Source: an uncultured bacterium
GTDB lineage: Bacteria; Bacillota_I; Bacilli_A; RF39; UBA660
Direction: 5' to 3'
Assembly (NCBI GenBank): GCA_949285875.1
Contig: CASDZZ010000002.1
Coordinates: 1,101-65,100, forward strand
Length of the DNA stretch: 64,000 nt
Part shown: positions 18,943 through 30,769 of the stretch, one piece after another
Position numbering within the stretch: position 1 is the first letter of the stretch
Layout of the letters: the number at the start of each line of letters is the position of its first letter
Program-made: the position numbers and the translations under genes
Notes under the pieces: model-generated
The model's input: the letters and a program-made list of their open reading frames with translations, nothing else
Databases searched by the model: none
Told to the model about the DNA's origin: nothing

Positions 18943-21115
18943 CCGTTTGTTTTTCCTCTTCTTTTAAGTCCTTAATTTTATCTTTAACTAAAACTTCTTT
19001 TCTAGATAAAGTTAATTTTCCGTTTTTATAACCAGTAGCCTTAACCATAATACTATCTCCTTCAGATACAACATCAGAAGTCTTTGCAACCCTTTTATCA
19101 GAAAGCTGAGATATATGTACTAGTCCTTCACAGCCATCCCAAAGCTCAACAAAGCAACCTAACTCATCAATTACTTTAACTACTTTTCCGTTATAAATTT
19201 TTCCAATTTCTACTTCTTTTACTACACTTTTTATCATGTCTGCTGTCTTATCAATTATATCTTTATCAGAATGATAAATAATTACCCTTCCATCATCTTC
19301 TAAGTCAACTTTAACAGCATTCATATCAGTTACACTATCAACGTTAGAAGCCTCTAAAATAATCTTGGTAATCATTTCTCCGCCTTTTCCAATAACATCC
19401 TTAATTTTATTTGGATCAATCATAAATGTAAGCATTTTAGGAGCATATTTACTAACTTCTTTTCTAGGTTCCTTAATTTGTTTTGCTATTACCTTTAATA
19501 TTTCCATTCTAGCTTTCTTAGCTTGTTCTAAAGCTTCTTTTAATATTTCTTTGGTAATTCCTTTAATTTTAATATCCATTTGAAGTGCACAAATACCATC
19601 TTTAGTTCCAGCCACTTTAAAATCCATATCTCCTAGATGGTCTTCCATACCTTGAATATCAGTTAAAATAGTATAATCATCACCATCAGTAATTAGTCCC
19701 ATAGCAATACCTGCAACAGGAGCTTTAATAGGTACACCAGCTGCCATAAGAGCCATACATCCAGCACAAATAGAAGCTTGCGATGATGAACCATTACTTT
19801 CTAAAATTTCTGATACAACACGAATTGTATAAGGAAACTCTTCTTCAGAAGGAATAACTTGTAATAAAGCTCTTTCACCTAAAGCACCATGACCTATTTC
19901 ACGGCGACCAGGAGCCCCATATCTTCCTGTTTCACCAACTGAGAATTGTGGGAAATTATAATGTAGCATAAATCTTTTTTGATCCTCTGGTGAAAGTCCA
20001 TCTATTATTTGATGTTCTCCTAAAGCACCTAACGTAACCACTGATAAACTTTGTGTTTCACCTCTAGTAAATAATGCAGATCCATGTGTTCTTGGAAGTA
20101 AATCAATATCAGTAGAAAGAGGTCTTATCTCCGTCATTTTTCTTCCATCTGCTCTTTTCTTTTCTTTTACTACGATTCTTCTAAATACCTCATATTCAAC
20201 TTCAGATAGACAAAGTTTTACTTTTGTTAAAAGTTCGTTAAGTTCTTCCTTATCCATTCCTTCATTTTCATACTCAAACTTAGCTACTACATCTTCTTTA
20301 ACTTTATCAATTGCAGCATACTTTTCTAATTTATCTTTAATGCGCATAGCAGTATCTAAAGGTTCTTTAGCAAGAGAATAAATTTCATCTTTAAGTTCTG
20401 GAGTGATTTCAAGAACCTCATATTCCATTTTTTCTTGACCAACTTCTTTAATTATTTTTTCTTCAAATTTAATTAACTCTTTTATAGCCTCGTGACCAAA
20501 CATTAAAGCTTCAAGCATGTCTTCTTCACTTACTTCTTTAGCTCCAGCTTCAACCATGTTAATGGCATCAATTGTTCCGGCTACCGTTAAATCTATATCA
20601 CTTTTTTCAAGTTCTTCAACAGTAGGATTAATTACAAACTCACCATCTACTCTTCCTACCTTAACACCCGCAATTGGGCCATTAAAAGGCACTTTACTAA
20701 TTGAAGTAGCAAGTGATGAACCAAACATTGCGGTAAGTTCTGGTGAGTTATCTGGGTCAACTGATAAAACCGTATTTACAATTTGAACTTCATTTCTAAA
20801 ATCTTCAGGAAATAAAGGTCTCATTGGTCTATCAATCATTCTAGCAGCAAGGGTAGCATTCTCACTAGGTCTTCCTTCCCTTTTTATAAATCCACCAGGT
20901 ATTTTACCTACTGAATATAATTTTTCTTGGTATAAAACCATAAGAGGAAAGAAATCAGATAAAACATTAGCCGTTTTACTAGCTACTACCGTTGAAAGTA
21001 CAACCGTATCACCATATCTAACTAACACGGCACCATGAGCTTGTTTAGCCATCTCACCTATTTCTATAGTTAAGTTTCTTCCTCTAAAATTCATTTCAAA
21101 AATTCTTTTTTCCAT
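18935..21115 (-). CDS. pnp: polynucleotide phosphorylase
   Basis: Two RNase PH domains followed by KH and S1 domains; 726 aa. Confidence 0.95.
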   Translation of the reverse strand: MEKRIFEMNFRGRNLTIEIGEMAKQAHGAVLVRYGDTVVLSTVVASKTANVLSDFFPLMVLYQEKLYSVGKIPGGFIKREGRPSENATLAARMIDRPMRPLFPEDFRNEVQIVNTVLSVDPDNSPELTAMFGSSLATSISKVPFNGPIAGVKVGRVDGEFVINPTVEELEKSDIDLTVAGTIDAINMVEAGAKEVSEEDMLEALMFGHEAIKELIKFEEKIIKEVGQEKMEYEVLEITPELKDEIYSLAKEPLDTAMRIKDKLEKYAAIDKVKEDVVAKFEYENEGMDKEELNELLTKVKLCLSEVEYEVFRRIVVKEKKRADGRKMTEIRPLSTDIDLLPRTHGSALFTRGETQSLSVVTLGALGEHQIIDGLSPEDQKRFMLHYNFPQFSVGETGRYGAPGRREIGHGALGERALLQVIPSEEEFPYTIRVVSEILESNGSSSQASICAGCMALMAAGVPIKAPVAGIAMGLITDGDDYTILTDIQGMEDHLGDMDFKVAGTKDGICALQMDIKIKGITKEILKEALEQAKKARMEILKVIAKQIKEPRKEVSKYAPKMLTFMIDPNKIKDVIGKGGEMITKIILEASNVDSVTDMNAVKVDLEDDGRVIIYHSDKDIIDKTADMIKSVVKEVEIGKIYNGKVVKVIDELGCFVELWDGCEGLVHISQLSDKRVAKTSDVVSEGDSIMVKATGYKNGKLTLSRKEVLVKDKIKDLKEEEKQTEE

Positions 21116-21183
21116 ACTCTTCTCCTTAAAATTCTATATAAAAAGACACCCAAAAAAGAGTGCCTACTTTTATTTTTATAAAA

Positions 21184-21450
21184 CTACTTTCTTAATCCTA
21201 AACTCTTAATTAATTCACGATAACGATTAATGTCAGTTTTCTTTAAGTAATTAAGCAAATTACGTCTTTTACCAACCTTCATTAATAATCCTCTTTTAGA
21301 GTGAAAATCATGAATATTTTCTTTTAAATGAGCTGTTAAAATATTTATTTCTTCTGTAAGTACTGCTACCTGAACTTCTGGAGAACCAGTATCTCCTTCG
21401 TGAGTTGCATACTTTTCAATAATAGCTTTTTTAACATCTTTTTTTAACAT
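21184..21450 (-). CDS. rpsO: 30S ribosomal protein S15
   Basis: [29 protein letters not shown]...; AGGAGG RBS. The ORF-track start at 21516 is an upstream in-frame extension. Confidence 0.9.
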   Translation of the reverse strand: MLKKDVKKAIIEKYATHEGDTGSPEVQVAVLTEEINILTAHLKENIHDFHSKRGLLMKVGKRRNLLNYLKKTDINRYRELIKSLGLRK

Positions 21451-21551
21451 CTTTATTCCTCCTTTTAAAACTAATACACCTAATTCTGAGTTACAGTCGG
21501 AGTTACTAATAACCAAGAATTGGTAACATAAATACTATACTATTTTTCATT

Positions 21552-22574
21552 CTAATTTGCAATACTTTTTACTAAATTATTTATAGAATCATCAACAAAA
21601 GTAATATTAGAGTCGAATTTTTGAAAGTTTTTGTTTTCTTCATGAACTTCTTTTTTCAGTAATTTTTCAGTAGAAAGTCTTACTTTATCATTTGAAAAAA
21701 TCCCATAGTTATTTTTCATAAAAAACAAGAAAGCTGAATAAGTTCCAAAAAAATATAATATTCTCTCTTTATTTTTTCTTACTAGATAATAATATTTATA
21801 CTGTATATCTAAGGCTTGCTCTAAATTTTTCTCCGCAATTTTGATTTCATTTTTATTAAGAACATCACTAATTAATAAAAGATATAAGTATTTACCACTA
21901 TCATTATTTAAAATTATATCTATATAAATTTGCTTTTCTTCTAAATTAGTACAATTTTTTTCAATTAATTTAAATGCTTTTTTAACATCTTTTTCTACTA
22001 CAACTTTTTTCTTATACCATTTTAAATCTTCCTCATTTACAATAGAAATAAAATCTCCCGTATCTAATTCATTATAAAATTTTAATAATAAACTATCTTT
22101 AATAAATGAGATAATATTACCTTGCGTTTTTTTATAAAATTCAACACATTTATTAATACTACCATTAGTTATTTTAGATTCTATTATTTTTTGCATCAAA
22201 GTATCCCCATAAATTTTATAAAGACTATGTAATTGATCTAAAGTTAATCTTGATAAAATATCCTTATTATACTCTCCTAACCTGGAAATTATTATAAAGA
22301 CCCTATTAATTTCTGCTCTTTCCAAATAAATTAGTAAAACTTTTAACTTATTATGTTCTAAAAACACTTCAAAATCTTTTAAAGAATACCTATCTAACTT
22401 ATTTCCGCATCTGGTATATTTAAAATAATCAAAAATTAAATTATCTAAAAAATATTTACTAAAAAGTAAACTTAAAGAATATTTACTAGCAAAATATTCA
22501 TCTAGTAACTCATATTTTTTACTCTCAGGTATGTTTTTCTTTTTTAACAAAGAAATTATTTTTTTATCTGTCAT
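21552..22574 (-). CDS. hypothetical protein sitting where ribF is normally found
   Basis: 340 aa with no RibF motifs. Lies between truB and rpsO. Confidence 0.5.
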   Translation of the reverse strand: MTDKKIISLLKKKNIPESKKYELLDEYFASKYSLSLLFSKYFLDNLIFDYFKYTRCGNKLDRYSLKDFEVFLEHNKLKVLLIYLERAEINRVFIIISRLGEYNKDILSRLTLDQLHSLYKIYGDTLMQKIIESKITNGSINKCVEFYKKTQGNIISFIKDSLLLKFYNELDTGDFISIVNEEDLKWYKKKVVVEKDVKKAFKLIEKNCTNLEEKQIYIDIILNNDSGKYLYLLLISDVLNKNEIKIAEKNLEQALDIQYKYYYLVRKNKERILYFFGTYSAFLFFMKNNYGIFSNDKVRLSTEKLLKKEVHEENKNFQKFDSNITFVDDSINNLVKSIAN

Positions 22575-22591
22575 TTTTTCCTTTCTTATAA

Positions 22592-23455
22592 CTATATAAA
22601 CATTTTATATGGTTTCATCTTAGTAGAATCTTTTTGATAAGTTTTATATATAGCTATAACTTCATCATTATAAATATATACAATCTCATCAGAATTATAT
22701 TTATTATCTACCAGCCCACCATTTTTTATTATTTTATAATCATTTTCATTTAATTCTATAATTTTCTTTTCTTTTAATACATCTTTTATTGATAATAATT
22801 CAAAATTATTGTTTTCTACATCTTCTAAAGAATAAGCATTTTCTATAGAAAAATTTCCTTGTTTAGTTCTTTTTAATTCACTCATTACACCAATAATATT
22901 AAGTTTATTATTAATATCTCTAATCAAACTTCTTATATAAGTTCCTTTTGAAACGGTTGTCTTAAATTTATACTGACTTTTTTCAAAAGTTAGAAGCTTA
23001 ATATCAAATATATCAACTATCCTGCTTGGTAAAGTAACTTCCACGCCATCTCTAGAATATTCATATAACTTTTTCCCTTTTATCTTAACAGCGCTATAAG
23101 CTGGAACTTCTTGCAAGTATCTTCCTTTAAAAGAATTTAAAGTGTTAATTAGCTTTTCCTTATCCAATACGCATGTTTCTTCTTTCAAAATTTTACCTTC
23201 TATATCTAAAGTATCAGTATAAAGTCCTAACTTAGCAGTTGCTACATATTCTTTTTCTTTAGAAGTTATTAAATCTACCAATTTTGTTGCCTTACCAATA
23301 CATAAAACAAGTACCCCTGTTGCTAAAGGATCTAAAGTACCAGTGTGCCCTACTTTCTTAGTATTTAAAATCTTACTTACTTTATTTACCACATCCCGGC
23401 TCGTAAATCCTTTAGGCTTATTAACAACTAAAATTCCATCCATTTCTTTCACCAA
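22592..23455 (-). CDS. truB: tRNA pseudouridine(55) synthase TruB
   Basis: GILVVNKPKGFTS...GHTGTLDPLATGVL motif. Confidence 0.9.
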   Translation of the reverse strand: MVKEMDGILVVNKPKGFTSRDVVNKVSKILNTKKVGHTGTLDPLATGVLVLCIGKATKLVDLITSKEKEYVATAKLGLYTDTLDIEGKILKEETCVLDKEKLINTLNSFKGRYLQEVPAYSAVKIKGKKLYEYSRDGVEVTLPSRIVDIFDIKLLTFEKSQYKFKTTVSKGTYIRSLIRDINNKLNIIGVMSELKRTKQGNFSIENAYSLEDVENNNFELLSIKDVLKEKKIIELNENDYKIIKNGGLVDNKYNSDEIVYIYNDEVIAIYKTYQKDSTKMKPYKMFI

Positions 23456-23533
23456 CCCTATTTTACCATAACTTAATTATAATATTCAAAAAATACAAAA
23501 ACCTATACAGGTATTTGTATTTTTTATTACTTC

Positions 23534-25372
23534 CTATCTTCTTATATAAGAAATACCTTTAGCAAAATCCAGTCCATCTATTTTTTCGCTATCATAATAT
23601 CTTACTGCATTTTCAATGCTTTCAGGATTATAATTAATAATATCATTATTATATTTTGCAAAGTATTTTTTCATATTTTTCACTTCGTTAAAATATGCAT
23701 TACACTCAGCTTCTGTTAAAGTACCTTTATTACTAGCTTCATCTAAAATTTTTGTAATCTTTGTTGTGATTTCTTCAAGGTTAATACCTAACGCTAAAGC
23801 TTCGAAATATTGGTTTAAAATCATTATAGTTCTTTGCTTATCATCTGTAAGTTCTTCGTCTGAAATCTTCTTTTCTAGACCCTTATACATTTGGTAACTT
23901 ATCTTACCACATAATTTACTATATTTAGAATCTTCTTTTTTAGTTAAGCTTTCTGGTCCTTTTTTATATACTTTATATTTCAATTTATTAAACTTATTTA
24001 AATTCCTATATAAATGAACACCACTTACTATATCTCTTTCTGATAGTATTTTTTGAATCTTTTCTATTTTATCATTTTTACCTTCATCGAAAGCTTTTTC
24101 CAACCTTTTTTTGAAAAACTTCTTACCAAACTTACTATTATAAACCCAAGAAACTGCTTTACCACAAAATTCAACAAATAATTCTTTAACACTCTTAACA
24201 TCTGCTTCATCTTCAACAGCGTTACGATTTTCTTCTTTCATATTATTAAGATTATTTAAAGTTATAATTTTGTTGATTTCACTTGAAAAATTATTCTTTT
24301 CTTCTTCGCTAAGACATGGCAATATACCTTTATATAAATCTAACAAATCACTTAATTTTGCATTGCTAATTTCTTCATCTGAAGACTTCATTAAATTTAA
24401 TGATTTAACAAAATTTATTTTTTTACCAACATAAATTAATCTTTTTTCTAATTCTATTTTAATACTATTATTTTTAATTTTTCTTATATATTCTTCAGCC
24501 AAATCTAAATATCTTTCGTTGCTCTCCATATCAGCTTTATCCAAAGCAATTTTTGCCAAATTTCTATTTTCTTCATCACTTATTTTTTCTTCTTCAATTT
24601 TATACTTTTTGTCTTCTAACTCTTTTTTGATAAGTTTCTTATCATTATTATCATCTAATTCATCAATTAAATCTAAAATTTTAGGTGAATCTTTTTCAAT
24701 ATTTTCTTTAGATAATTTATTTAATAAGTCTTTAGCCTCATTATATAATTTAACTTGATTATAAGTATAAGATAAATCTGCCATTAAATTATCTTTTTCT
24801 TCACCATCTTTTAATTTTACAATTAAATCAGTTATAAAATTAATAGTATTTAAATTTTTATTATTTTTTAATAAATCTAAATAGTAATTAATTTCTTCAA
24901 AGTCATTTTCATTTTTTTTACCATTTTTTTGGAAAATAGCTTTTTTAGTTTTATTTATTACTATTTTTTTACCTTTTTTTCTAGAAACCTTCTTCAAGAT
25001 TACCTTTCTAGAAGCTTCTTTTTCTAACTTAATGACCTTTTCTGAAATTAAAGACATTCCTAAACTTAAGCTTTTAATATCTTCTAAATCAGAATATTCT
25101 TCCACCCTTTTTAATAAATCTTTCACTTCTTCCAAACGGCTATTTTTTATTTCTAAATTTTTTTCTAATTTACGGATTTCATCAAGTAATTCGTGTACTT
25201 TTTCATAATTTTTTGATTCCAAGCTACCATTATACTCTTCCCATAAAATGCGAGTACGTTCATTTCTTTCCTTTACATCATCTTCTATTTTTTTTAATTC
25301 CTCTTTTAAATAATTAGAAATTTCTAAAAAGTTTTTTTTGTATGATTCTAAAATCATCTTTTCTAAATTCAT
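23534..25372 (-). CDS. hypothetical coiled-coil protein (612 aa)
   Basis: Long K/E-rich heptad-like sequence with no TM helix and no enzymatic motif. Confidence 0.5.
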   Translation of the reverse strand: MNLEKMILESYKKNFLEISNYLKEELKKIEDDVKERNERTRILWEEYNGSLESKNYEKVHELLDEIRKLEKNLEIKNSRLEEVKDLLKRVEEYSDLEDIKSLSLGMSLISEKVIKLEKEASRKVILKKVSRKKGKKIVINKTKKAIFQKNGKKNENDFEEINYYLDLLKNNKNLNTINFITDLIVKLKDGEEKDNLMADLSYTYNQVKLYNEAKDLLNKLSKENIEKDSPKILDLIDELDDNNDKKLIKKELEDKKYKIEEEKISDEENRNLAKIALDKADMESNERYLDLAEEYIRKIKNNSIKIELEKRLIYVGKKINFVKSLNLMKSSDEEISNAKLSDLLDLYKGILPCLSEEEKNNFSSEINKIITLNNLNNMKEENRNAVEDEADVKSVKELFVEFCGKAVSWVYNSKFGKKFFKKRLEKAFDEGKNDKIEKIQKILSERDIVSGVHLYRNLNKFNKLKYKVYKKGPESLTKKEDSKYSKLCGKISYQMYKGLEKKISDEELTDDKQRTIMILNQYFEALALGINLEEITTKITKILDEASNKGTLTEAECNAYFNEVKNMKKYFAKYNNDIINYNPESIENAVRYYDSEKIDGLDFAKGISYIRR

Positions 25373-25473
25373 AATAAACTCCCCCTCGAATTAATGCCTC
25401 ATATACTATCACATAAGTAAACAAAAGTCAACACCCTAAAAATAAAGAAAAACTTGAAAAATCAAGTTTTCTG

Positions 25474-26832
25474 CTAACTTATAAATTTAAAAACCACATA
25501 TCCTAAAACAGCTATAACTAGTAATATAAAAGATAATATAATTACGCTTATTTTTCCGCTTTTTTTGTTATTTTGCTCTTCTTCAGAGTCATTATAAATT
25601 TCATTTAAATACTTTTCATAGGCTTCTGTAAGATAATATCGTTCGCTTCCGTTAAAAATATATTCATAGTATGCTTTGAAGCTTACTGGTAGCTTATTCT
25701 TATTTTTTATATAAATTTTTTGCACCTCATTAAACGTTGCTTTTTTATTTATTTTAGTATTAGTAAGAAGCTGCAAAATTGCTATTGAAAAAGCATATAA
25801 ATCAGTTTTTTCAGAAACCACCTTATTTAAAGGATCTTGATATTTCAAAGGCACATCAGAGTTGATAACATTATTTTTTATAACAAAAGAATCACAATTT
25901 ATTAGCTTAACTTTACCATCCTTATCAAAGAATATATTATCCAGACTCAAGTCACACATAAATACATGTTTTTTATGAAGTTTCTTCATAACTTCTTCAA
26001 TAGCCTTTATTTTATCTATCTTCTCCTCAAAACTGTATATTTTATTATTAATACTCAAAGGTTCTCCTTCTGGCAAGTAATCCATTATGTAACCAACAAA
26101 AACCCCATCATAATATACTAAATTTTTGGGCTTAACGATTTCTTCTATATCTAAAGTTTTAATATATTTTAAAGTTTCTTCCCTATCTTTTATATATATA
26201 AATGAAGGCGAAGTAAACATTTTTAAAATTTTACCATCCTTAGTTAAATATACGCTTCCTGAAGAACTAGCCGCTAACTTTTTTACTATCTTTAAACTTC
26301 TATAATCTAAAGCATCTTTAGGAAAACTTCTAAATTTATCAAATAATTTTCTTTTAGTTATCAATCCCGCAACATTAGCATTTAATAAAATTCCTTCTTC
26401 ATTCATACCTATTTCATAAAAACCAAAAGCTTGATAAGTTCCTATGTTATTATTTTCACTTTCTTTAATAGTAACTAAGACATTTCTAGTACCAACTTCT
26501 CCAGCTATGTAAACTACTCCTTCTATTAATAAAAGTTCTGCATTTTGATTTTTATATTTATCAGATATATACATATTTTTAATTTCTACTTGAGAAATGT
26601 TATTACCACTTTTAAATTCAAAAATTGCATAACCCTCTACTTTTTTATCTATTAAAATGACTATTGTCATTTTATTTTTAAAATATTCTGGAACAATATA
26701 ATTATCTAAATCTATTAAACACTCTTTTTTTAGAGACTCATTAGAGAATGTATCAACAATATCTGCAAAAATATCAAAATCTGTTTCTAAAACTTCTAAG
26801 CTAATATTTCCTTTTTTGATTAAATTTACCAT
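25474..26832 (-). CDS. GNAT-like N-domain fused to a Hanks-type protein-kinase-like domain, with a C-terminal TM anchor
   Basis: Kinase subdomain-like motifs LKMF (Lys), HKKHVFMCDLSLDNIFF (HxDLxxxN), INCDSF (DFG-like) and TDLYAFSIAIL. Hydrophobic C-terminus ISVIILSFILLVIAVLGYVVF. Confidence 0.55.
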   Translation of the reverse strand: MVNLIKKGNISLEVLETDFDIFADIVDTFSNESLKKECLIDLDNYIVPEYFKNKMTIVILIDKKVEGYAIFEFKSGNNISQVEIKNMYISDKYKNQNAELLLIEGVVYIAGEVGTRNVLVTIKESENNNIGTYQAFGFYEIGMNEEGILLNANVAGLITKRKLFDKFRSFPKDALDYRSLKIVKKLAASSSGSVYLTKDGKILKMFTSPSFIYIKDREETLKYIKTLDIEEIVKPKNLVYYDGVFVGYIMDYLPEGEPLSINNKIYSFEEKIDKIKAIEEVMKKLHKKHVFMCDLSLDNIFFDKDGKVKLINCDSFVIKNNVINSDVPLKYQDPLNKVVSEKTDLYAFSIAILQLLTNTKINKKATFNEVQKIYIKNKNKLPVSFKAYYEYIFNGSERYYLTEAYEKYLNEIYNDSEEEQNNKKSGKISVIILSFILLVIAVLGYVVFKFIS

Positions 26833-26953
26833 TTTACCACCCTCTACTATAATTCTAGATATAATTATACAATTTTTTTTAACATTTTTCTACATAAATT
26901 ATATATTTTTTTAACAAATTAAAACTACTAATAGTTGTCTATAAGTAGTTTAA

Positions 26954-27304
26954 TTATTTTTCTTTATCTTCTTTTATTTTTGTTATTATATTTTCTATTT
27001 TACTTCCATAAGAAATAGATTCATCATATTTAAATCTTAAATCAGGTATTTTTCTTATTTCTAACTTTCTTTTTGCAAGTTCTGTTTTAATAAAACCCTT
27101 AGCTTGATTTAAATCGTGCAGGCATTTATCTTTGTTTTTTTCATCAAAAACAGTACAATAAACTTGTGCTAAAGATAAATCCGTATCAACTTTTACGGCA
27201 GTTAAAGTTACAAACCTAATATCCTTATCATACACTTCATTAGCTAAAATATCACTTATTTCTCTTAATAATAAATTGCCTATTCTTTCTGTTTTTACGC
27301 TCAT
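26954..27304 (-). CDS. rbfA: ribosome-binding factor A
   Basis: RIGNLLLREISDIL...FVTLTAVKVDTDLSLAQVY. Confidence 0.85.
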   Translation of the reverse strand: MSVKTERIGNLLLREISDILANEVYDKDIRFVTLTAVKVDTDLSLAQVYCTVFDEKNKDKCLHDLNQAKGFIKTELAKRKLEIRKIPDLRFKYDESISYGSKIENIITKIKEDKEK

Positions 27305-27318
27305 AAATTAAATACCTC

Positions 27319-28554
27319 CTAATTATATATTGGAAATTTACTAGTTATCTTTAAAACTTTTTCCTTAAGTTCCATTAATTTTTCTTCATTATCATTGTTT
27401 CTTAAAGCTTCGTCTATGATACTTGAAATTAAAACAAAATTTTCTTCTTTTAACCCTCTGGTAGTCATAGCAGGAGAACCTATTCTAATTCCACTTGCCT
27501 TCATTGGAGACTCAGTTTCGTTTGGAATAGTGTTTTTATTAACCGTTATGTTTATTTTATCTAAAACACTCTCAGCATCTTTTCCTGTTATACCATAAGA
27601 TGCTTTTACATCAACTAAAATTAAATGGTTATCAGTACCATTAGATATTATTCTAACATCTTTTTTTAAAAAATAATCACACATTGCCTTTATGTTTTTT
27701 AAAACTTGCTCTTGATATTCTTTAAACTCTGGTTTTAAAGCCTCATAAAAGCACTGGGATTTAGCTGCTATAACATGCATTAAAGGTCCGCCCTGAATTC
27801 CAGGGAAAACCGTTTTATTTATTTTCTTAATTATTTCTTCACTGTTAGTTAAAATAACGCCTCCTCTTGGACCTCTTAACGTTTTATGAGTGGTTGAAGT
27901 AACAACGTCAGCGTAAGGTACTGGTGAAGGATGAAGACCTGTTGCAACAAGACCTGCTATATGAGCCATATCAACCATAAGGTATGCTCCCACCATATCA
28001 GCTATCTCTCTAAATTTCTTAAAATCTATTATTCTTGAATAAGCTGATGCTCCGGCTATAATCATTTTCGGTTTTTCTTTTATAGCAAGTTCTTTCACTT
28101 CATCATAATCTATAAAGCCATCATCATTTACTTTATAAGAAATGATTTCATAATCACTTCCTGAAAAGCTAAGTGGGTGTCCATGAGTTAGGTGTCCACC
28201 ACTTGATAAATCCATTCCTAACACTTTATCACCATGATTAAGTAGGGCTCTATAAACTGCCATGTTAGCACTAGAACCTGAATGCGGCTGAACGTTAGAA
28301 TATTTACAATTATATAATTTTTGTAAATATTCATTAGCTATATTTTCAAAAACATCAATATACTCACAGCCACCATAGTATCTCTTTGAAGAATAACCTT
28401 CAGCATATTTATTAGTTAAAATACTACCTTGTAACTCTAAAACATCTTTTGAGACATAATTTTCTGATGCAATAAGTTCAATATTTTCTTCTTGTCTTTT
28501 CTTTTCTAAACTTAGAGCTTCTTTTAATCTAATATCCATCAAAATCGCCTCCAT
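27319..28554 (-). CDS. glyA: serine hydroxymethyltransferase
   Basis: LIASENY motif and the PLP lysine in [14 protein letters not shown]. Confidence 0.95.
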   Translation of the reverse strand: MEAILMDIRLKEALSLEKKRQEENIELIASENYVSKDVLELQGSILTNKYAEGYSSKRYYGGCEYIDVFENIANEYLQKLYNCKYSNVQPHSGSSANMAVYRALLNHGDKVLGMDLSSGGHLTHGHPLSFSGSDYEIISYKVNDDGFIDYDEVKELAIKEKPKMIIAGASAYSRIIDFKKFREIADMVGAYLMVDMAHIAGLVATGLHPSPVPYADVVTSTTHKTLRGPRGGVILTNSEEIIKKINKTVFPGIQGGPLMHVIAAKSQCFYEALKPEFKEYQEQVLKNIKAMCDYFLKKDVRIISNGTDNHLILVDVKASYGITGKDAESVLDKINITVNKNTIPNETESPMKASGIRIGSPAMTTRGLKEENFVLISSIIDEALRNNDNEEKLMELKEKVLKITSKFPIYN

Positions 28555-28610
28555 GTATAATATTATACACTAAAAAAAAGTATAAGAATAGTACTTATAC
28601 TTTTTATTTA

Positions 28611-30752
28611 TTATCTTTTTATTTCAACTAACTCATAAGCTTCAATAACATCATTTTCTTTAATATCTTGGTATTTTTCCAAAGTAATACCACATTCAAA
28701 ACCAGCTTTAACTTCTTTAGCTTGGTCCTTTTCTCTTTGAATAGAGTTAATCTTCCCATCGTATATTACAACACCATCTCTTATTACCCTTGCGTTAGCA
28801 TTTGATTTAATTATTCCATCTAATACGTAGCACCCAGCAATGTTACCAATTTTAGAAAATTTATATATTTTTCTTATTTCAGCAGAACCAAGTACTTTTT
28901 CCTCATACTCTGGATCCAAAACACCTTTCATTGCTGCTTCCATTTCTTCAACTACTTTATATATTATGTTATGAAGTCTTACATCAACACCATATTCTTT
29001 TGCAATATCTAAAATTTTGTTCGTAGGTCTTACGTTAAATCCTATTATAATTGCACTAGAAGCATTAGCTAAAACTATATCACTTTCAGTTATTGTTCCA
29101 ACACCACTTCTTATGATGTTCAACTTACAACCTTCTACTTCTATTTTAGATAGTGTATTTTTAACAGCTTCTTCACTACCTTTAACATCAGTTTTTAAAA
29201 CTATATTTATCTCTTTTAAACCTTCTGATATTTTTCCAAATAAATCATCCAAACTCATTGCACTAGCTAATGTATTAGCTTTTAGTTTAGCAGTTTCGCT
29301 TCTTTGTTCTGCAACACTGTGAGCTTGTTTTTCTGATTCAAAAGCCATAAACCTATCTCCAGCCGTTGGAACACCTGATATACCAGTTATCTCTACCGGA
29401 GTAGAAGGAAGTGCTTCTACAACCTCTTCACCTAAATCATTTTTTAAGGTTCTAACCTTTCCAAAGTATTCTCCAACAACTACTGGATCACCCAAACGTA
29501 AAGTACCATTTTGAATTAATAAAGTAACAACCGAACCAACGTTTTTATCAAGTTTTGATTCTATAACCGTACCCATAGCATATCTTTTTGGATTAGCTTT
29601 TAACTCTTCCATTTCTGCTATAAATAATAAGCTTTTTAATAATTCATCTATACCTTCATGAGTTTTAGCGGAAATATTAACAAATAAAGTATCTCCACCC
29701 CAAGAATCTGGTGTTAAACCATTTTCACTCATTTCACGTTTAACTCTTTCAGGATCAGCACCTGGTTTATCCATTTTATTAACAGCTACAATAATAGGAA
29801 CTTTAGCTGCTTTAGCATGATCAATAGCTTCTATTGTTTGAGGTTTAACTCCATCATCCGCTGCAACAATTATTATAACAACGTCGGTAATGCTAGCTCC
29901 TCTAGCTCTCATCTCAGTAAAAGCAGCATGTCCTGGAGTATCAATAAACGTTATTTTTTTACCTTCATATTTAACTTGATATGCTCCTATATGTTGTGTT
30001 ATACCACCATGCTCTGTTTCTACAACACTACTTTTTCTTATTGCATCTAAAAGAGAAGTTTTACCATGGTCCACATGCCCCATTATAGTAACAACAGGAG
30101 GTCTTTCTTCTAAATCTTTTTCGTCATCTTTTACCTCAAACATTTCAAAATTAGAAATATCTGCAGTTTCTTCCTTTTTTAAAGTTTTATTATATTCTAA
30201 GGCAATTACAGAAGCATCATCAAAACTTATGCTAGCATTCATATTAGCCATTATTCCTAGTTCCATAAGTTTTTTTAATATTTCTCCTACTGATTTTTCT
30301 AATGCTGTAGCTAACTCTTTAATTGACATTCCTTCTTTATACAAAACTACGTTTTTATCAGCCTCGTTATTAGAAACTAGTTTTTCTTTATGCTTATACA
30401 TAGCTTTTTTAGCATCTTTAATATCTTTTTGTTTACTCTTGTTCTTTTTCTTCTTAGAAACATCATTATTTTTATTATATATAGTATCCTTTTTATCTAT
30501 CAAAGAATCTACTACTTCATCATAATAATCATCTTCGTCCATTTTTTTGATAATTTCTTCATCAGCTGCTTCGGACATTTCCGCACTTTCTTCATTTGCT
30601 TCATTTTCTAAAGCATTATCTAATTCAACAATCATATCATCATTTAACATATCTTCTTCTGTAGTCACATTAAATCCTAACAATTCACATTTCTTTAAAA
30701 TCTCCTCTACAGTTTTATTAACGTCCAAAGCATACTCTAAAACACTCATCAT
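28611..30752 (-). CDS. infB: translation initiation factor IF-2
   Basis: GHVDHGKTSLLD and DTPGH motifs; 713 aa. Confidence 0.95.
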   Translation of the reverse strand: MMSVLEYALDVNKTVEEILKKCELLGFNVTTEEDMLNDDMIVELDNALENEANEESAEMSEAADEEIIKKMDEDDYYDEVVDSLIDKKDTIYNKNNDVSKKKKNKSKQKDIKDAKKAMYKHKEKLVSNNEADKNVVLYKEGMSIKELATALEKSVGEILKKLMELGIMANMNASISFDDASVIALEYNKTLKKEETADISNFEMFEVKDDEKDLEERPPVVTIMGHVDHGKTSLLDAIRKSSVVETEHGGITQHIGAYQVKYEGKKITFIDTPGHAAFTEMRARGASITDVVIIIVAADDGVKPQTIEAIDHAKAAKVPIIVAVNKMDKPGADPERVKREMSENGLTPDSWGGDTLFVNISAKTHEGIDELLKSLLFIAEMEELKANPKRYAMGTVIESKLDKNVGSVVTLLIQNGTLRLGDPVVVGEYFGKVRTLKNDLGEEVVEALPSTPVEITGISGVPTAGDRFMAFESEKQAHSVAEQRSETAKLKANTLASAMSLDDLFGKISEGLKEINIVLKTDVKGSEEAVKNTLSKIEVEGCKLNIIRSGVGTITESDIVLANASSAIIIGFNVRPTNKILDIAKEYGVDVRLHNIIYKVVEEMEAAMKGVLDPEYEEKVLGSAEIRKIYKFSKIGNIAGCYVLDGIIKSNANARVIRDGVVIYDGKINSIQREKDQAKEVKAGFECGITLEKYQDIKENDVIEAYELVEIKR

Positions 30753-30769
30753 AATGCCTCACCTCTTTC

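Noticed and set aside
21116-21183. Possible regulatory hairpin between rpsO and pnp
   Set aside because: Only a weak G·U-containing stem (aggcac…gtgtct) followed by T5. Consistent with the known leaky rpsO terminator or pnp leader, so not novel.
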